From Candidatus Norongarragalinales archaeon (GTDB taxonomy: Archaea > Micrarchaeota > Micrarchaeia > Norongarragalinales > Norongarragalinaceae): a DNA stretch of 64,000 bases. The translations under genes and the position numbers were made by a program. Location: assembly GCA_038884755.1 (NCBI GenBank), contig JAWABJ010000001.1:512001-576000 (forward strand). Direction: 5' to 3'. The notes under the pieces are model-generated. The model was not told where the DNA came from, did not search any database, and saw nothing but the letters and a program-made list of their open reading frames with translations. Below are positions 28,477 to 36,973 of the stretch, one piece after another (positions within the stretch are counted from its first letter, which is position 1; each line of letters starts with the position of its first letter).

Positions 28477-28716
28477 TCACCTTTTTTTCGGCACGAGAGA
28501 AATCGCGTCGAAAACAACTTTCAAGTCGCGCAAGAGTGAAGTCGTCCTCGCCCTCAACGCCGAGAAAGTCTTCGCATCTACACGCGCGGTCAGCGTCGCG
28601 CCTTTCGCAGAAAGCCTTACGCTCGCCTTGTCAGAAAACTCTTTGGTTTTTATTATTCCAACGGCTTTTTTAGCGTGCGCCGGGCTCGCGAAGATTATTT
28701 CGACTTCAGCCTTCAA
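28477..28716 (-). CDS. pcc1: KEOPS subunit Pcc1
   Basis: 79 aa, AKTFSALRARTTSLLRDLKV; synteny. Confidence 0.8.
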   Translation of the reverse strand: MKAEVEIIFASPAHAKKAVGIIKTKEFSDKASVRLSAKGATLTARVDAKTFSALRARTTSLLRDLKVVFDAISLVPKKR

Positions 28717-29194
28717 CCTTTCCCGCCCTCTCTTTAAAACCGTTTATTTTTACGTAAAACACTGCGTTCCCGCGCTCGTCATTAAAACTAACGCCTTTCG
28801 AGCTTAAAACCATTTTCAGCCCTATGCCCTTGCCCCGGCCGCTTTCGAAACCCGACAGTTCGAGAATCTTTTCCCCCTGCGGGTCTTGCGCCTCCGCTTG
28901 CGCGACTGCGCCTACGCGTTCGTTTTCCCCCTTCAAAACCTGAAACCCGCCCAAAAGCACTTCGGGGTAAAGCCACCCTCCCTCGACGTCCAGGAAATTA
29001 AGCGAGTAGGGGCTGCCGTGCTTTTCGTAAACGAAAACCGCCCGCGAAAAGCCTTTTTCCTGCATGCGCGACGCTATCTCGACAACGCTGCGTTTTCCGC
29101 GGTTTTCGTACTCCCCGCCGAACAAGCGGGCGAGCCACTTCGCCAGAGTACGCGTCTGCTGCGTGGGCTTTCGGGATGTGGAAACGTACAACAT
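28706..29194 (-). CDS. Brix/Imp4-domain ribosome biogenesis protein
   Basis: STSRKPTQQTR, NRGK, EKHGSP. Confidence 0.88.
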   Translation of the reverse strand: MLYVSTSRKPTQQTRTLAKWLARLFGGEYENRGKRSVVEIASRMQEKGFSRAVFVYEKHGSPYSLNFLDVEGGWLYPEVLLGGFQVLKGENERVGAVAQAEAQDPQGEKILELSGFESGRGKGIGLKMVLSSKGVSFNDERGNAVFYVKINGFKERAGKVEG

Positions 29195-29211
29195 TTGGTG
29201 AATCAGCTCTT

Positions 29212-30087
29212 TCACTTTTTTCTAGGTTTTTTCTTTCTCAAGCCTAAAAAACATTCAAGGTCTTCCCTGACTTTCTTTATTTTAAGGTAGTTTTCAAGCC
29301 TTATGGTTTGAGTGCGGTATTTCACGAACTTTGGGAATTTCAGCAGCTCGGCTCCCGAAACAGGGTGTGTGGCAAACTCTTGCTTGTCAACCAAACCTTT
29401 CGTCTTCAGCCAGTCGTGCAAACGCCAGGCCGTAGTCCTAGGAATTATCGTTGGGTCGTCCAATTCTTCAAAAAAAACGTGGTTTGCATGCCCAAGGTGT
29501 GAAAGCCACTTTTCGAACGCGGGCTTGTCCAAGGGCATTTCACTTCCCTCAGGCCCAACGACAGTCTTAGGCACGTAATTGTGCACTTTCGAACCCGCTT
29601 GCACTAATACTGAAGGAAAGCCCTTGTCAAAATGCGCGTCGAGAGCCTGTTTGAAATTCAAGCCGAAAATCCGTTCGGCTTCGCCGCGGGTGTAAAAGTT
29701 TTCCTTCAAGAACTCTTCCAACTCCCTTCGCGCTTTTATTTTTTCTACTATGCTTTCGTGCACGAACTTGTTTTTCTTCGAGCGAACTATAGCAACTTTA
29801 GCGGCTTTTCTTTGAGACTCAGTCATGTCTCGCGCGGGATCTTGAAAGTCGGTTCCTGAACGCCTTTCAAACTCAGGATAAATTCCCTTTTCAAGCTGGC
29901 TTGAAAGCATTTTCATTCCACCTTGCAAGCCCGCCCTTTGGGCTGCTTCGCTTAGGGTAATCCATTCGTCGTCCGGTTTTTCACGAAGTTCGGCTCTTAT
30001 CTTTGCAGCCTTTTCTTCTGCAGGTGCTTTAGCCCGCGCGTGCAATACTGCGAACTTCCTGCCTAAACGCAAAGGAATTGAAAACAC
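29212..30087 (-). CDS. Hypothetical protein with possible HTH segments
   Basis: 291-aa ORF; WITLSEAAQRAGL and FYTRGEAERIFGL resemble excisionase/MerR-type HTH starts. Confidence 0.55.
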   Translation of the reverse strand: MFSIPLRLGRKFAVLHARAKAPAEEKAAKIRAELREKPDDEWITLSEAAQRAGLQGGMKMLSSQLEKGIYPEFERRSGTDFQDPARDMTESQRKAAKVAIVRSKKNKFVHESIVEKIKARRELEEFLKENFYTRGEAERIFGLNFKQALDAHFDKGFPSVLVQAGSKVHNYVPKTVVGPEGSEMPLDKPAFEKWLSHLGHANHVFFEELDDPTIIPRTTAWRLHDWLKTKGLVDKQEFATHPVSGAELLKFPKFVKYRTQTIRLENYLKIKKVREDLECFLGLRKKKPRKK

Positions 30088-30120
30088 TGCAAAAACACCG
30101 TACGATTGAATTTTTCAAAG

Positions 30121-30318
30121 CGCCGGAGGAGAGATTCGAACTCCCGAGTCCTTGCGGACACTGGTTACCTTTCCCTGCCTTGCCTTTCTTTTTGTAAAAA
30201 GAAAGGCGGAGGCACCGCGAAAGAAAAACACTAGGTTTCTTTTCGGTCGCCTGCATTTTCTTTGCCAAAGAAAAGGCGGGCTTCAAGACCAGCGCGATAA
30301 CCACTCTGCCACTCCGGC
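30121..30318 (-). tRNA. tRNA-Ser(UGA) with 115-nt intron (30167..30281) at 37/38
   Basis: Acceptor GCCGGAG/CTCCGGC; anticodon arm CTGGT-CTTGAA^A-ACCAG; long variable arm; GGGAG-TTCGAAT-CTCTC. Confidence 0.93.
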
Positions 30319-30366
30319 TTTGCAACAAAATAATGCCAGAGGGAATTAATAGGCGTTTTCGAAAGC

Positions 30367-32031
30367 TCAAAACTCGCGCGAAGCGAAAATGCGCCCTACG
30401 AGAACCAGCCCGAACAAAACGGCTATTGACAGTCCGGCAAGCCCTAACGCTGAGTAGCCCCAAAGCAATGGCGGGATTTGCGCGGCGACCAGCAGCGAGC
30501 TTGCGACTATGAGCGCGGCAACGATGAGCGAAAGCGAAACTTTGTTTATCGTCCGGTCCAGCTCGGAGATAGGCTCGTGCAAGCCGTAGTGCTGGATGTT
30601 CAGGCTTAGGTTTCCCTGTTCAGCCCTTCCCAACACGCCGGAAAACTGTACGGGAATCTTGGAGGCTGCTTCGGCAATCTCGTTCAAGCTCGACCACGAT
30701 TTTTTCAGCACGGTCAAAGGCTTTTTCCGCTCTTCAACCAGCCCTTTCACGACGGGCTTCGCCACCTCGATGGTGTTGAACTGGGGGTAGAGCTTGCGTC
30801 CTATGCCTTCGAGCGTCACGAGCATGCGCATCAAAAGCATGCTCTTGGGATGCATGCGCACTTTGTACTCGCGCACGATGTCAGTCAAATCGCGTATGAC
30901 CTCATCCAAGTGCATTTGCGAAATGGGGACGTTGTAATATTGTTCTATGACTTCGCCCAAGTCTTCCCTGAACGCGGAAACGTCGGCGTCTTTGGGTAAC
31001 GCACCTACTCCCATGAAATAATCAACAAGTTTTTCAGTGTCTTTCTCGATGAGGGAAATGAAAAAGTCGGTGGTGGTCTCGCGCGTTTTCGAGTCGATGA
31101 AGCCCATCATGCCGAAATCGACTACGCCTATCCCGTCGTTTTTCATCACTATTATGTTGCCGTAGTGCGGGTCGGCTTGGAAAAACCCGTGCACCAAAAC
31201 CTGCTTTACGAGCGAGCGCGCTCCCGCCTCCACGATTTTTTTCCTCCTCTGCAGGGGGTAAGGCTGGATTTGCAGGAGCTTGACGCCCTCGATGTGCTCT
31301 TCAACCAAAACACGGCGGGTGCAGTATTCCGGGTAAACCAAGGGGGCGTAAACTTCACCGTCTCCCTCGAAATTCTTCCGGAATTTTATCGCGTTGCGCA
31401 TTTCGTGGAGGAAGTCAAGCTCGCGGCGCAGGTTTTTGGCGAAGTCCTGTACTATTTCGGTTGGGGTGTAAAAGCGGGATTCGGGAAAGTTGCTTTCCAG
31501 GAATCCGGCCAAGTCAAGCAGGACTTGCAAGTCGGACTCTATTTTCACGGTTATGTTGGGGCGCTGGACTTTGATTACCACGCGCTTGCCGTTGTGCAAC
31601 GTGGCTTTATGCACTTGGGCTATGCTTGCGGAAGCAAGAGGTTTTTCTTCAATGTGCTTGAAGATTTTCGAGTAATCGCCGTACTCTTCGCGCAGAACGC
31701 TTTTCACGGTTGCAAAAGAAACCGGATTTACCTCGTCCACGAGCTTTTCCAGCTCGCGAATGACGTCCGGAGGGAAAAAGTCGGTGCGAGTTGCAAGCAA
31801 CTGCCCCAGCTTTACGAAAGTAGGGCCCAAGTCTTCCAAAGCCCGTCTCAAGCGTATTCCAACAGGCGTTTTCTGCCTCGGGGGGAAAAAGCGAAGCGCC
31901 AATTCCCGCAACGGGCCTTTTTGTTGGGCTGAGGCGATGAACTCGTCAAAACCGTGGGAGGCGAAAACACCCGCGATTTCCCTTACTCTCCGAAAGTTCT
32001 TGTACTCCCTGGAAAACGGAATTTCGACCAT
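30367..32031 (-). CDS. ABC1/AarF/UbiB family atypical kinase
   Basis: LGPTFVKLGQ, ASASIAQVH, KVQRP, ELDF, ADPHYGN, DFGM. Confidence 0.92.
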   Translation of the reverse strand: MVEIPFSREYKNFRRVREIAGVFASHGFDEFIASAQQKGPLRELALRFFPPRQKTPVGIRLRRALEDLGPTFVKLGQLLATRTDFFPPDVIRELEKLVDEVNPVSFATVKSVLREEYGDYSKIFKHIEEKPLASASIAQVHKATLHNGKRVVIKVQRPNITVKIESDLQVLLDLAGFLESNFPESRFYTPTEIVQDFAKNLRRELDFLHEMRNAIKFRKNFEGDGEVYAPLVYPEYCTRRVLVEEHIEGVKLLQIQPYPLQRRKKIVEAGARSLVKQVLVHGFFQADPHYGNIIVMKNDGIGVVDFGMMGFIDSKTRETTTDFFISLIEKDTEKLVDYFMGVGALPKDADVSAFREDLGEVIEQYYNVPISQMHLDEVIRDLTDIVREYKVRMHPKSMLLMRMLVTLEGIGRKLYPQFNTIEVAKPVVKGLVEERKKPLTVLKKSWSSLNEIAEAASKIPVQFSGVLGRAEQGNLSLNIQHYGLHEPISELDRTINKVSLSLIVAALIVASSLLVAAQIPPLLWGYSALGLAGLSIAVLFGLVLVGRIFASREF

Positions 32032-32079
32032 AAGGCAGGAATAAGGAAAAAGGCATAGTTAAAGATTATTGAACTCGCA

Positions 32080-32571
32080 CTATTGGTTTGGGTAGTCTTC
32101 GGTTTCGTCGTGCAGGACTTCAAGCAAAACTCCCGCTTTTGCGAAGTACTCGCGAGTGAGCGCGGCCGCGTGGTATTTCTTTTCGGCGACAACGCGCTTT
32201 ATTCCCGCGTTGATTATCATTTTCGCGCAGTCCAAGCAAGGCTCCATCTTGCAGTACAACGTAGCTCCTTCTATTGACACGCCGTGGCGAGCCGCCTGCA
32301 CTATGGCGTTTTGTTCGGCGTGAGTAGTGCGAACGCAGTGCTGCTTGGCATGCCCGTCTTCATCATAAACCGTCTTCATCAAGTGCCCTGATTCATTGCA
32401 ATGCGGCAAACCCATCGGAGCGCCAACGTATCCTGTTGAAAGGATGAACTTGTCTTTAACCAAAACAGCAGCTGCTTTTCCCCGGTCGCACGTCGCGCGC
32501 GCAGCTGCAGCGTGCGCTATTTGCATGAAGTACTCATCCCAAGACGGCCTCAAATGTTGAGCTTCAGGCAT
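32080..32571 (-). CDS. dCMP deaminase family protein
   Basis: RPSWDEYFM, HAEQNA, PCLDC. Confidence 0.92.
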   Translation of the reverse strand: MPEAQHLRPSWDEYFMQIAHAAAARATCDRGKAAAVLVKDKFILSTGYVGAPMGLPHCNESGHLMKTVYDEDGHAKQHCVRTTHAEQNAIVQAARHGVSIEGATLYCKMEPCLDCAKMIINAGIKRVVAEKKYHAAALTREYFAKAGVLLEVLHDETEDYPNQ

Positions 32572-33095
32572 AGTTTTTCCACCTCTTTTTCTTCTTCTTC
32601 AATAGAACCGGACGCGTCTATGGTGTAATCTGCAAGCCGCATGGTTTCGTTCACGCTGAGCTTTTCGCCGCCCGCATTTTCCTTGTTCTCCAACGCGAGA
32701 AACTCTTCGAAAGTCTGCGGGTCTTCTTCCCTGCCCCTCGCTTTCATGCGCTCGAAGCGCACTCGCGCAGGCGCGTCTACAGCAACAAGCACAAAGTCCT
32801 TTCTTTTCAACAAGGCTTTTGCTTCGGCGGGATTGCGTATTGAAACGACGACGTAATTCCTCCCTTCGGGCGTCATGTGCTCAAGCGCCTTTTCCCCCAA
32901 AAAACCCGGCCCTTTCTCGTGGCGCAGCTTGTTGCCCAGCTCAATGAGATTCTCGCGAGTGGGCTCTTTGCCTTGCTTTTCTAATTCCATCCGCAAATAG
33001 TCGGACAGGGAATACCTCTCGAAGCCTTTTGAAACTAAATATGCCGCGGCAGTGTCTTTGCCCGCGCAATTCTGCCCCACCAAGCCGATAATCAC
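32550..33095 (-). CDS. P-loop nucleotide kinase (dephospho-CoA/dNMP kinase-like)
   Basis: GLVGQNCAGKDT, SIRNPAE, RFERMKARGR; GTG start 33095. Confidence 0.8.
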   Translation of the reverse strand: MIIGLVGQNCAGKDTAAAYLVSKGFERYSLSDYLRMELEKQGKEPTRENLIELGNKLRHEKGPGFLGEKALEHMTPEGRNYVVVSIRNPAEAKALLKRKDFVLVAVDAPARVRFERMKARGREEDPQTFEEFLALENKENAGGEKLSVNETMRLADYTIDASGSIEEEEKEVEKLCLKLNI

Positions 33096-33219
33096 AAACC
33101 CGCACCTAAACCTTTTTTTGAAAAACAAGAAACCCTTTACCCAATCCGGCTTACAAAATAGGCACTAGGAGGTTTAAAGGCTTTTTTACAGAAAACGAAA
33201 AAACAGCAGGGGGGGAAAC

Positions 33220-33525
33220 TCAACCGAGGTTGAGTTCTATGTTGACGGAAGGAGGAACGCGTATGCGCATGACTTCGCGCAACACCCTATCGTCGGCCTG
33301 GATTTCAATCAAGCGCTTGTGAATGCGCAACTCCCACTTTTCGTACGTGTCGCTTCCATCACCACAGGGAGTCTTTCGGGTGGAAATCTTGAGTTTTTTC
33401 GTGGGCAAAGGAATCGGCCCGCGGAGTTCAACGCCCGCCTTCTGCGCAATGTCGCGTATTTGCGCAGACACTGCATCCAAGTCTTGAAACACTTGGCTTT
33501 CGAGTTTGATTCGGGCTTTGTTCAT
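33220..33525 (-). CDS. rpsJ: 30S ribosomal protein uS10
   Basis: GPIPLPTK, RKTPCGDGS, WELRIHKRLI. Confidence 0.97.
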   Translation of the reverse strand: MNKARIKLESQVFQDLDAVSAQIRDIAQKAGVELRGPIPLPTKKLKISTRKTPCGDGSDTYEKWELRIHKRLIEIQADDRVLREVMRIRVPPSVNIELNLG

Positions 33526-33568
33526 GCGAAACCAACTTTTTTTCTAAATGCAAAAAAAAATGAGAACC

Positions 33569-33609
33569 AAAAATCGGGTTCCGGAACGCAACTCAGGAAC
33601 CCGGTTTTT
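33569..33609 (-). terminator. Stem-loop followed by U9 tract between tuf and rpsJ
   Basis: Minus strand AAAAACCGGGTTCC-13nt-GGAACCCGATTTTT, then TTTTTTTTT. Confidence 0.5.
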
Positions 33610-33625
33610 TATTTTCAACGGAAAC

Positions 33626-34894
33626 TCATGCTTTTCTCGGAACCACTTCGAGAATCACTCCTGCCGCCACGGTCTGCCCCATGTCGCGGATTGCAAAACG
33701 CCCCAGTGCTGGAAAGTCGGAATACTTCTCTGCACATACTGGGCGCGTGGGCTTGATTTTGACTATCGCGACGTCGCCGGTCTTGATAAAGTCGGGGTTC
33801 TTCTGCGCTGTTGCTCCAGTCTTCGGGTCTTTCTTCTCGACGATTTCAGTAATCGTGCAAGCCAACTGCGCCGTGTGCAAGTGAAACACTGGAGTGTAAT
33901 TCTTGCCTATCGCAGTGGGGTGGTTCAAAACCACGATTTGAGCGGTGAATTCGTCCACCACGGTGGGCGGGTTGCTGGAAGGTCCAACGACGCTTCCCCT
34001 CTTGATGGCTTTCTTGTCAACGCCCTTCAAAGTAAAGCCTACGTTGTCGCCTGGAATCGCTTGCGCAATCGACTGGTGGTGCATTTCAATGCTCTTGACT
34101 TCGCCCGTAACATTCTCAGGCATGATTATCACGTTTCCGGGCTTGAGAATGCCTGCTTCAACGCGCCCCACGGGCACGGTTCCCTGGCCGGTGATGGTGA
34201 AGACTTCCTGGATGGGCAAGCGCAACGGCTTGTCCGTGGGTTTCTTGGGTTCGATCAAAGCGTCCAAAGCCTCGAGTATGGTCGGACCGGCGTACCAAGT
34301 CATCTTGTCGCTCTTTACTTTGATGTTATCCCCGTTGTAAGCAGAATACGGAACAAACGGTATTTTGTCCACGGGATAGCCCATGGGTTTGAGCTTGGCG
34401 ACTAAAGCCTGCTTAGTTTCCTCGTACTTGACGCGGTCGTAGTTGACGGCATCCATCTTATTGATGCCGATTATGAACTGCTGCACCCCAAGCACTTTGA
34501 GAAGGAAAGCGTGTTCGATAGTCTGCGCTTGAATGCCTTCCTTCGCGGAGCATACGAGAACTGCAGCATCCGCCTGCGAAGCGCCGGTAATCATGTTTTT
34601 CACAAAGTCTTTGTGTCCAGGAGCGTCGATTATCGTAAAGTAATACTTCTGGGTGTGAAAGTCCTTGTGCGCGATGTCAATCGTAACTCCACGCTCGCGC
34701 TCTTCCTTCAGCTGGTCCATTACGAAAGCAAACTCAAACGTTGGTTTGCCGGCTTTCGCAGCCTCTTCCTTAAGCTTGCGCAAGTCGTTTTCGCTGACCG
34801 CGCCGGTCTCGTAAAGCAAGCGCCCGACGGTGGTGGATTTTCCGTGGTCTACATGCCCCGTAAAAATCAAGTTCAAGTGCGGTTTTTCTGCCAT
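33626..34894 (-). CDS. tuf: Elongation factor 1-alpha
   Basis: GHVDHGKST, ERERGVTI, DAPGH, NKMD, GRFAIRDMG. Confidence 0.98.
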   Translation of the reverse strand: MAEKPHLNLIFTGHVDHGKSTTVGRLLYETGAVSENDLRKLKEEAAKAGKPTFEFAFVMDQLKEERERGVTIDIAHKDFHTQKYYFTIIDAPGHKDFVKNMITGASQADAAVLVCSAKEGIQAQTIEHAFLLKVLGVQQFIIGINKMDAVNYDRVKYEETKQALVAKLKPMGYPVDKIPFVPYSAYNGDNIKVKSDKMTWYAGPTILEALDALIEPKKPTDKPLRLPIQEVFTITGQGTVPVGRVEAGILKPGNVIIMPENVTGEVKSIEMHHQSIAQAIPGDNVGFTLKGVDKKAIKRGSVVGPSSNPPTVVDEFTAQIVVLNHPTAIGKNYTPVFHLHTAQLACTITEIVEKKDPKTGATAQKNPDFIKTGDVAIVKIKPTRPVCAEKYSDFPALGRFAIRDMGQTVAAGVILEVVPRKA

Positions 34895-35081
34895 TATACA
34901 TCCCTCCAACTAACAAAACTTTTGAACGCTTTTTTTCTTCCCTAACCCACATTTCGAATTGAATAAAGGCGTTTAACGCCTGAAAATCCAACGCTCAGAA
35001 TCAGCCATGTTGAGCCTATCGGCCAATGAAGAATTAATGCCGGGGGTATTTAAAAAACCTTTCGTCTGGAAACCAGGAGAT

Positions 35082-35558
35082 TCAAGCGACTTCAGTGCCG
35101 AAATAGTCGTTCAAAAACTTCGCGCTGCCCTCCCGGTCCTTGAGGTTTTTCCTCGGGTATTTCACCACCCAAGGCTGGGCTGAAATGTCTTCCAACTGAT
35201 AGGAAACGGTTTGAACTTTCGCCGGGTCCAAGACCGTATGCTGCTGTCTTTTTATGAACTCCCTGAATTCGCTAGCGTCGACAAGCAAAAGGTGGGTTTT
35301 CGTAACTATCAACAGGTGGTGGGCGGCAGCATTATGCCAAACGCCAGTCCCCGCTTTCCAAGGGTATTTAGACTTTATTTTAAACGTGATTTGCCCGCTT
35401 TCGCCGTAATGCGCCTTGACTTCCAAGCGCTTTTGGTTGGGAAGCAGGAAGTCGTACCCCATCCCGTCCACGTGCTTGGCTTTCGGAAGAATTCTAGAAA
35501 CTAACTTCTCCCCGCGCTCGCCAGTAGAACTGATCCTGTTCCTTCGCTCAAAAACCAT
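35082..35558 (-). CDS. Putative PD-(D/E)XK endonuclease-like protein
   Basis: GERGEKLV...GYDF...LEVKA motif arrangement. Confidence 0.6.
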   Translation of the reverse strand: MVFERRNRISSTGERGEKLVSRILPKAKHVDGMGYDFLLPNQKRLEVKAHYGESGQITFKIKSKYPWKAGTGVWHNAAAHHLLIVTKTHLLLVDASEFREFIKRQQHTVLDPAKVQTVSYQLEDISAQPWVVKYPRKNLKDREGSAKFLNDYFGTEVA

Positions 35559-35634
35559 GAAAACCCCCAAAAGAAATTATGATGGCTAGATTTTAAAAGC
35601 AACGAAGAGAAAAATAGTTCTTGGCAAAAAAGCT

Positions 35635-36549
35635 ATGGTGGGCTGTTTGAAGCAACTGCTCTATTCGTTGGACCCCGAGAATTTCGGCGGACTGCAAGAA
35701 AAATACTCAGACTACAAGACAAGCAAAATCGTGGTCGTGCCCATTCCCTTCGATTCCACAGCCTGCTCTTCGCCAGGCCAGCGCTTCGGGCCCGAATCGA
35801 TAATAAGCGCCAGCGCCGGACTCGAGCTTTACGACGAAGAAATCGACTTTGAAGTTTACAAGGAAGGCATTTGCACTACCGAGCATATGGAGCCGGTGCG
35901 CGGAAACGTGGAAGAAAACAACCTGCGCATCAAGAAATCGCTCGAGGAATTACTGAACGACGGGAAGTTTGTCGTAGCGTTGGGCGGAGACCACAGCATC
36001 ACGTACGGCGTTTTGAGTGCGTTTAACGAAAAACAAAGCCTCAAGCCTTTTTCCGTACTGCAGTTGGACGCGCACGCGGATGTTGCTACGGATGCCGAAG
36101 GCTCGAAATACACGCACGCTTGCGTAATGCGCCGAGCGAGAGAAGAGTTTACCGACAACATAGTACAAGTGGGATTGAGAAGCGTTTCAAAGGAAGAAAT
36201 AGAGTACAACAAGGGAAACGTTTTCCTTGCAATCGATTTGCGCAAGAACTTCGAAGCAAAAATCCCGGAAATCGTTTCGCGCATCAAATACGACAACGTT
36301 TATGTCACGTTTGATGTTGACGCGCTAGACCCTAGCGAAATGCCTTCGACAGGAACGCCCGAGCCGGGGGGACTGCATTACTACGACGTTCTCGCGCTCT
36401 TGCGTGCCGTGTGCGAAAAAAAGAACGTGATAGGGTTCGACTGCGTGGAATTAATGCCCATTCCGGGCAACGACGCGCCGAACGCCGTTGCGGCAAAAAT
36501 AGTCTACAAGCTCTTGGGCTACAAGTTCAAATTCATGCGTCAACGATAA
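35635..36549 (+). CDS. speB: Agmatinase
   Basis: GGDHS, DAHAD, DVDALDP, TGTPEPGG. Confidence 0.92.
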   Translation: MVGCLKQLLYSLDPENFGGLQEKYSDYKTSKIVVVPIPFDSTACSSPGQRFGPESIISASAGLELYDEEIDFEVYKEGICTTEHMEPVRGNVEENNLRIKKSLEELLNDGKFVVALGGDHSITYGVLSAFNEKQSLKPFSVLQLDAHADVATDAEGSKYTHACVMRRAREEFTDNIVQVGLRSVSKEEIEYNKGNVFLAIDLRKNFEAKIPEIVSRIKYDNVYVTFDVDALDPSEMPSTGTPEPGGLHYYDVLALLRAVCEKKNVIGFDCVELMPIPGNDAPNAVAAKIVYKLLGYKFKFMRQR

Positions 36550-36910
36550 CCTTGAAACCGCCGTAAACCATTCGCTTCATATCAAAAGGCATTTCCATAT
36601 CCTTGTTCTTCGGGTCGTTCATCGCCGGGTCTTTCATTACCTTTGCATTGACGGCATCCCGATGGGCGCGGGATTTGTAAACTATGAAAGAAAAAACAAC
36701 GGTCTCGTTGGGTTTGGCTTTAACCGTGTTTGGAAAACGAATCGAAGGGTGAAACCCTTTCATTTTTGGGAACAAATCGTCTGCCACGCATTCCTTGTAG
36801 TCCAGCGCTCCGTGCTTCCTCCACATTTTTGCGCCCATGCGGGCCATCGCCTTGTAAGCTTTAATTTTTTTCTTTGGAACTGGAAGGACATACCCGTCAA
36901 CGTACACCAT
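36533..36910 (-). CDS. DUF1428 family protein
   Basis: YVDGYVLPVP, HGALDYKEC, ETVVFS, MPFDMKRMVYGGF. Confidence 0.9.
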   Translation of the reverse strand: MVYVDGYVLPVPKKKIKAYKAMARMGAKMWRKHGALDYKECVADDLFPKMKGFHPSIRFPNTVKAKPNETVVFSFIVYKSRAHRDAVNAKVMKDPAMNDPKNKDMEMPFDMKRMVYGGFKVIVDA

Positions 36911-36973
36911 TCAAACCCACCTCTAGAGGTTGATTAAACCGAAATTCATAAGATTGAGCAAGCGTGCGCCTTC

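Noticed and set aside
30029..30463. ORFs 30029..30463 and 30152..30349
   Set aside because: They overlap tRNA-Ser and have no protein features
34900..35060. C/D-box sRNA upstream of tuf
   Set aside because: No properly paired C and D boxes; better explained as promoter plus leader
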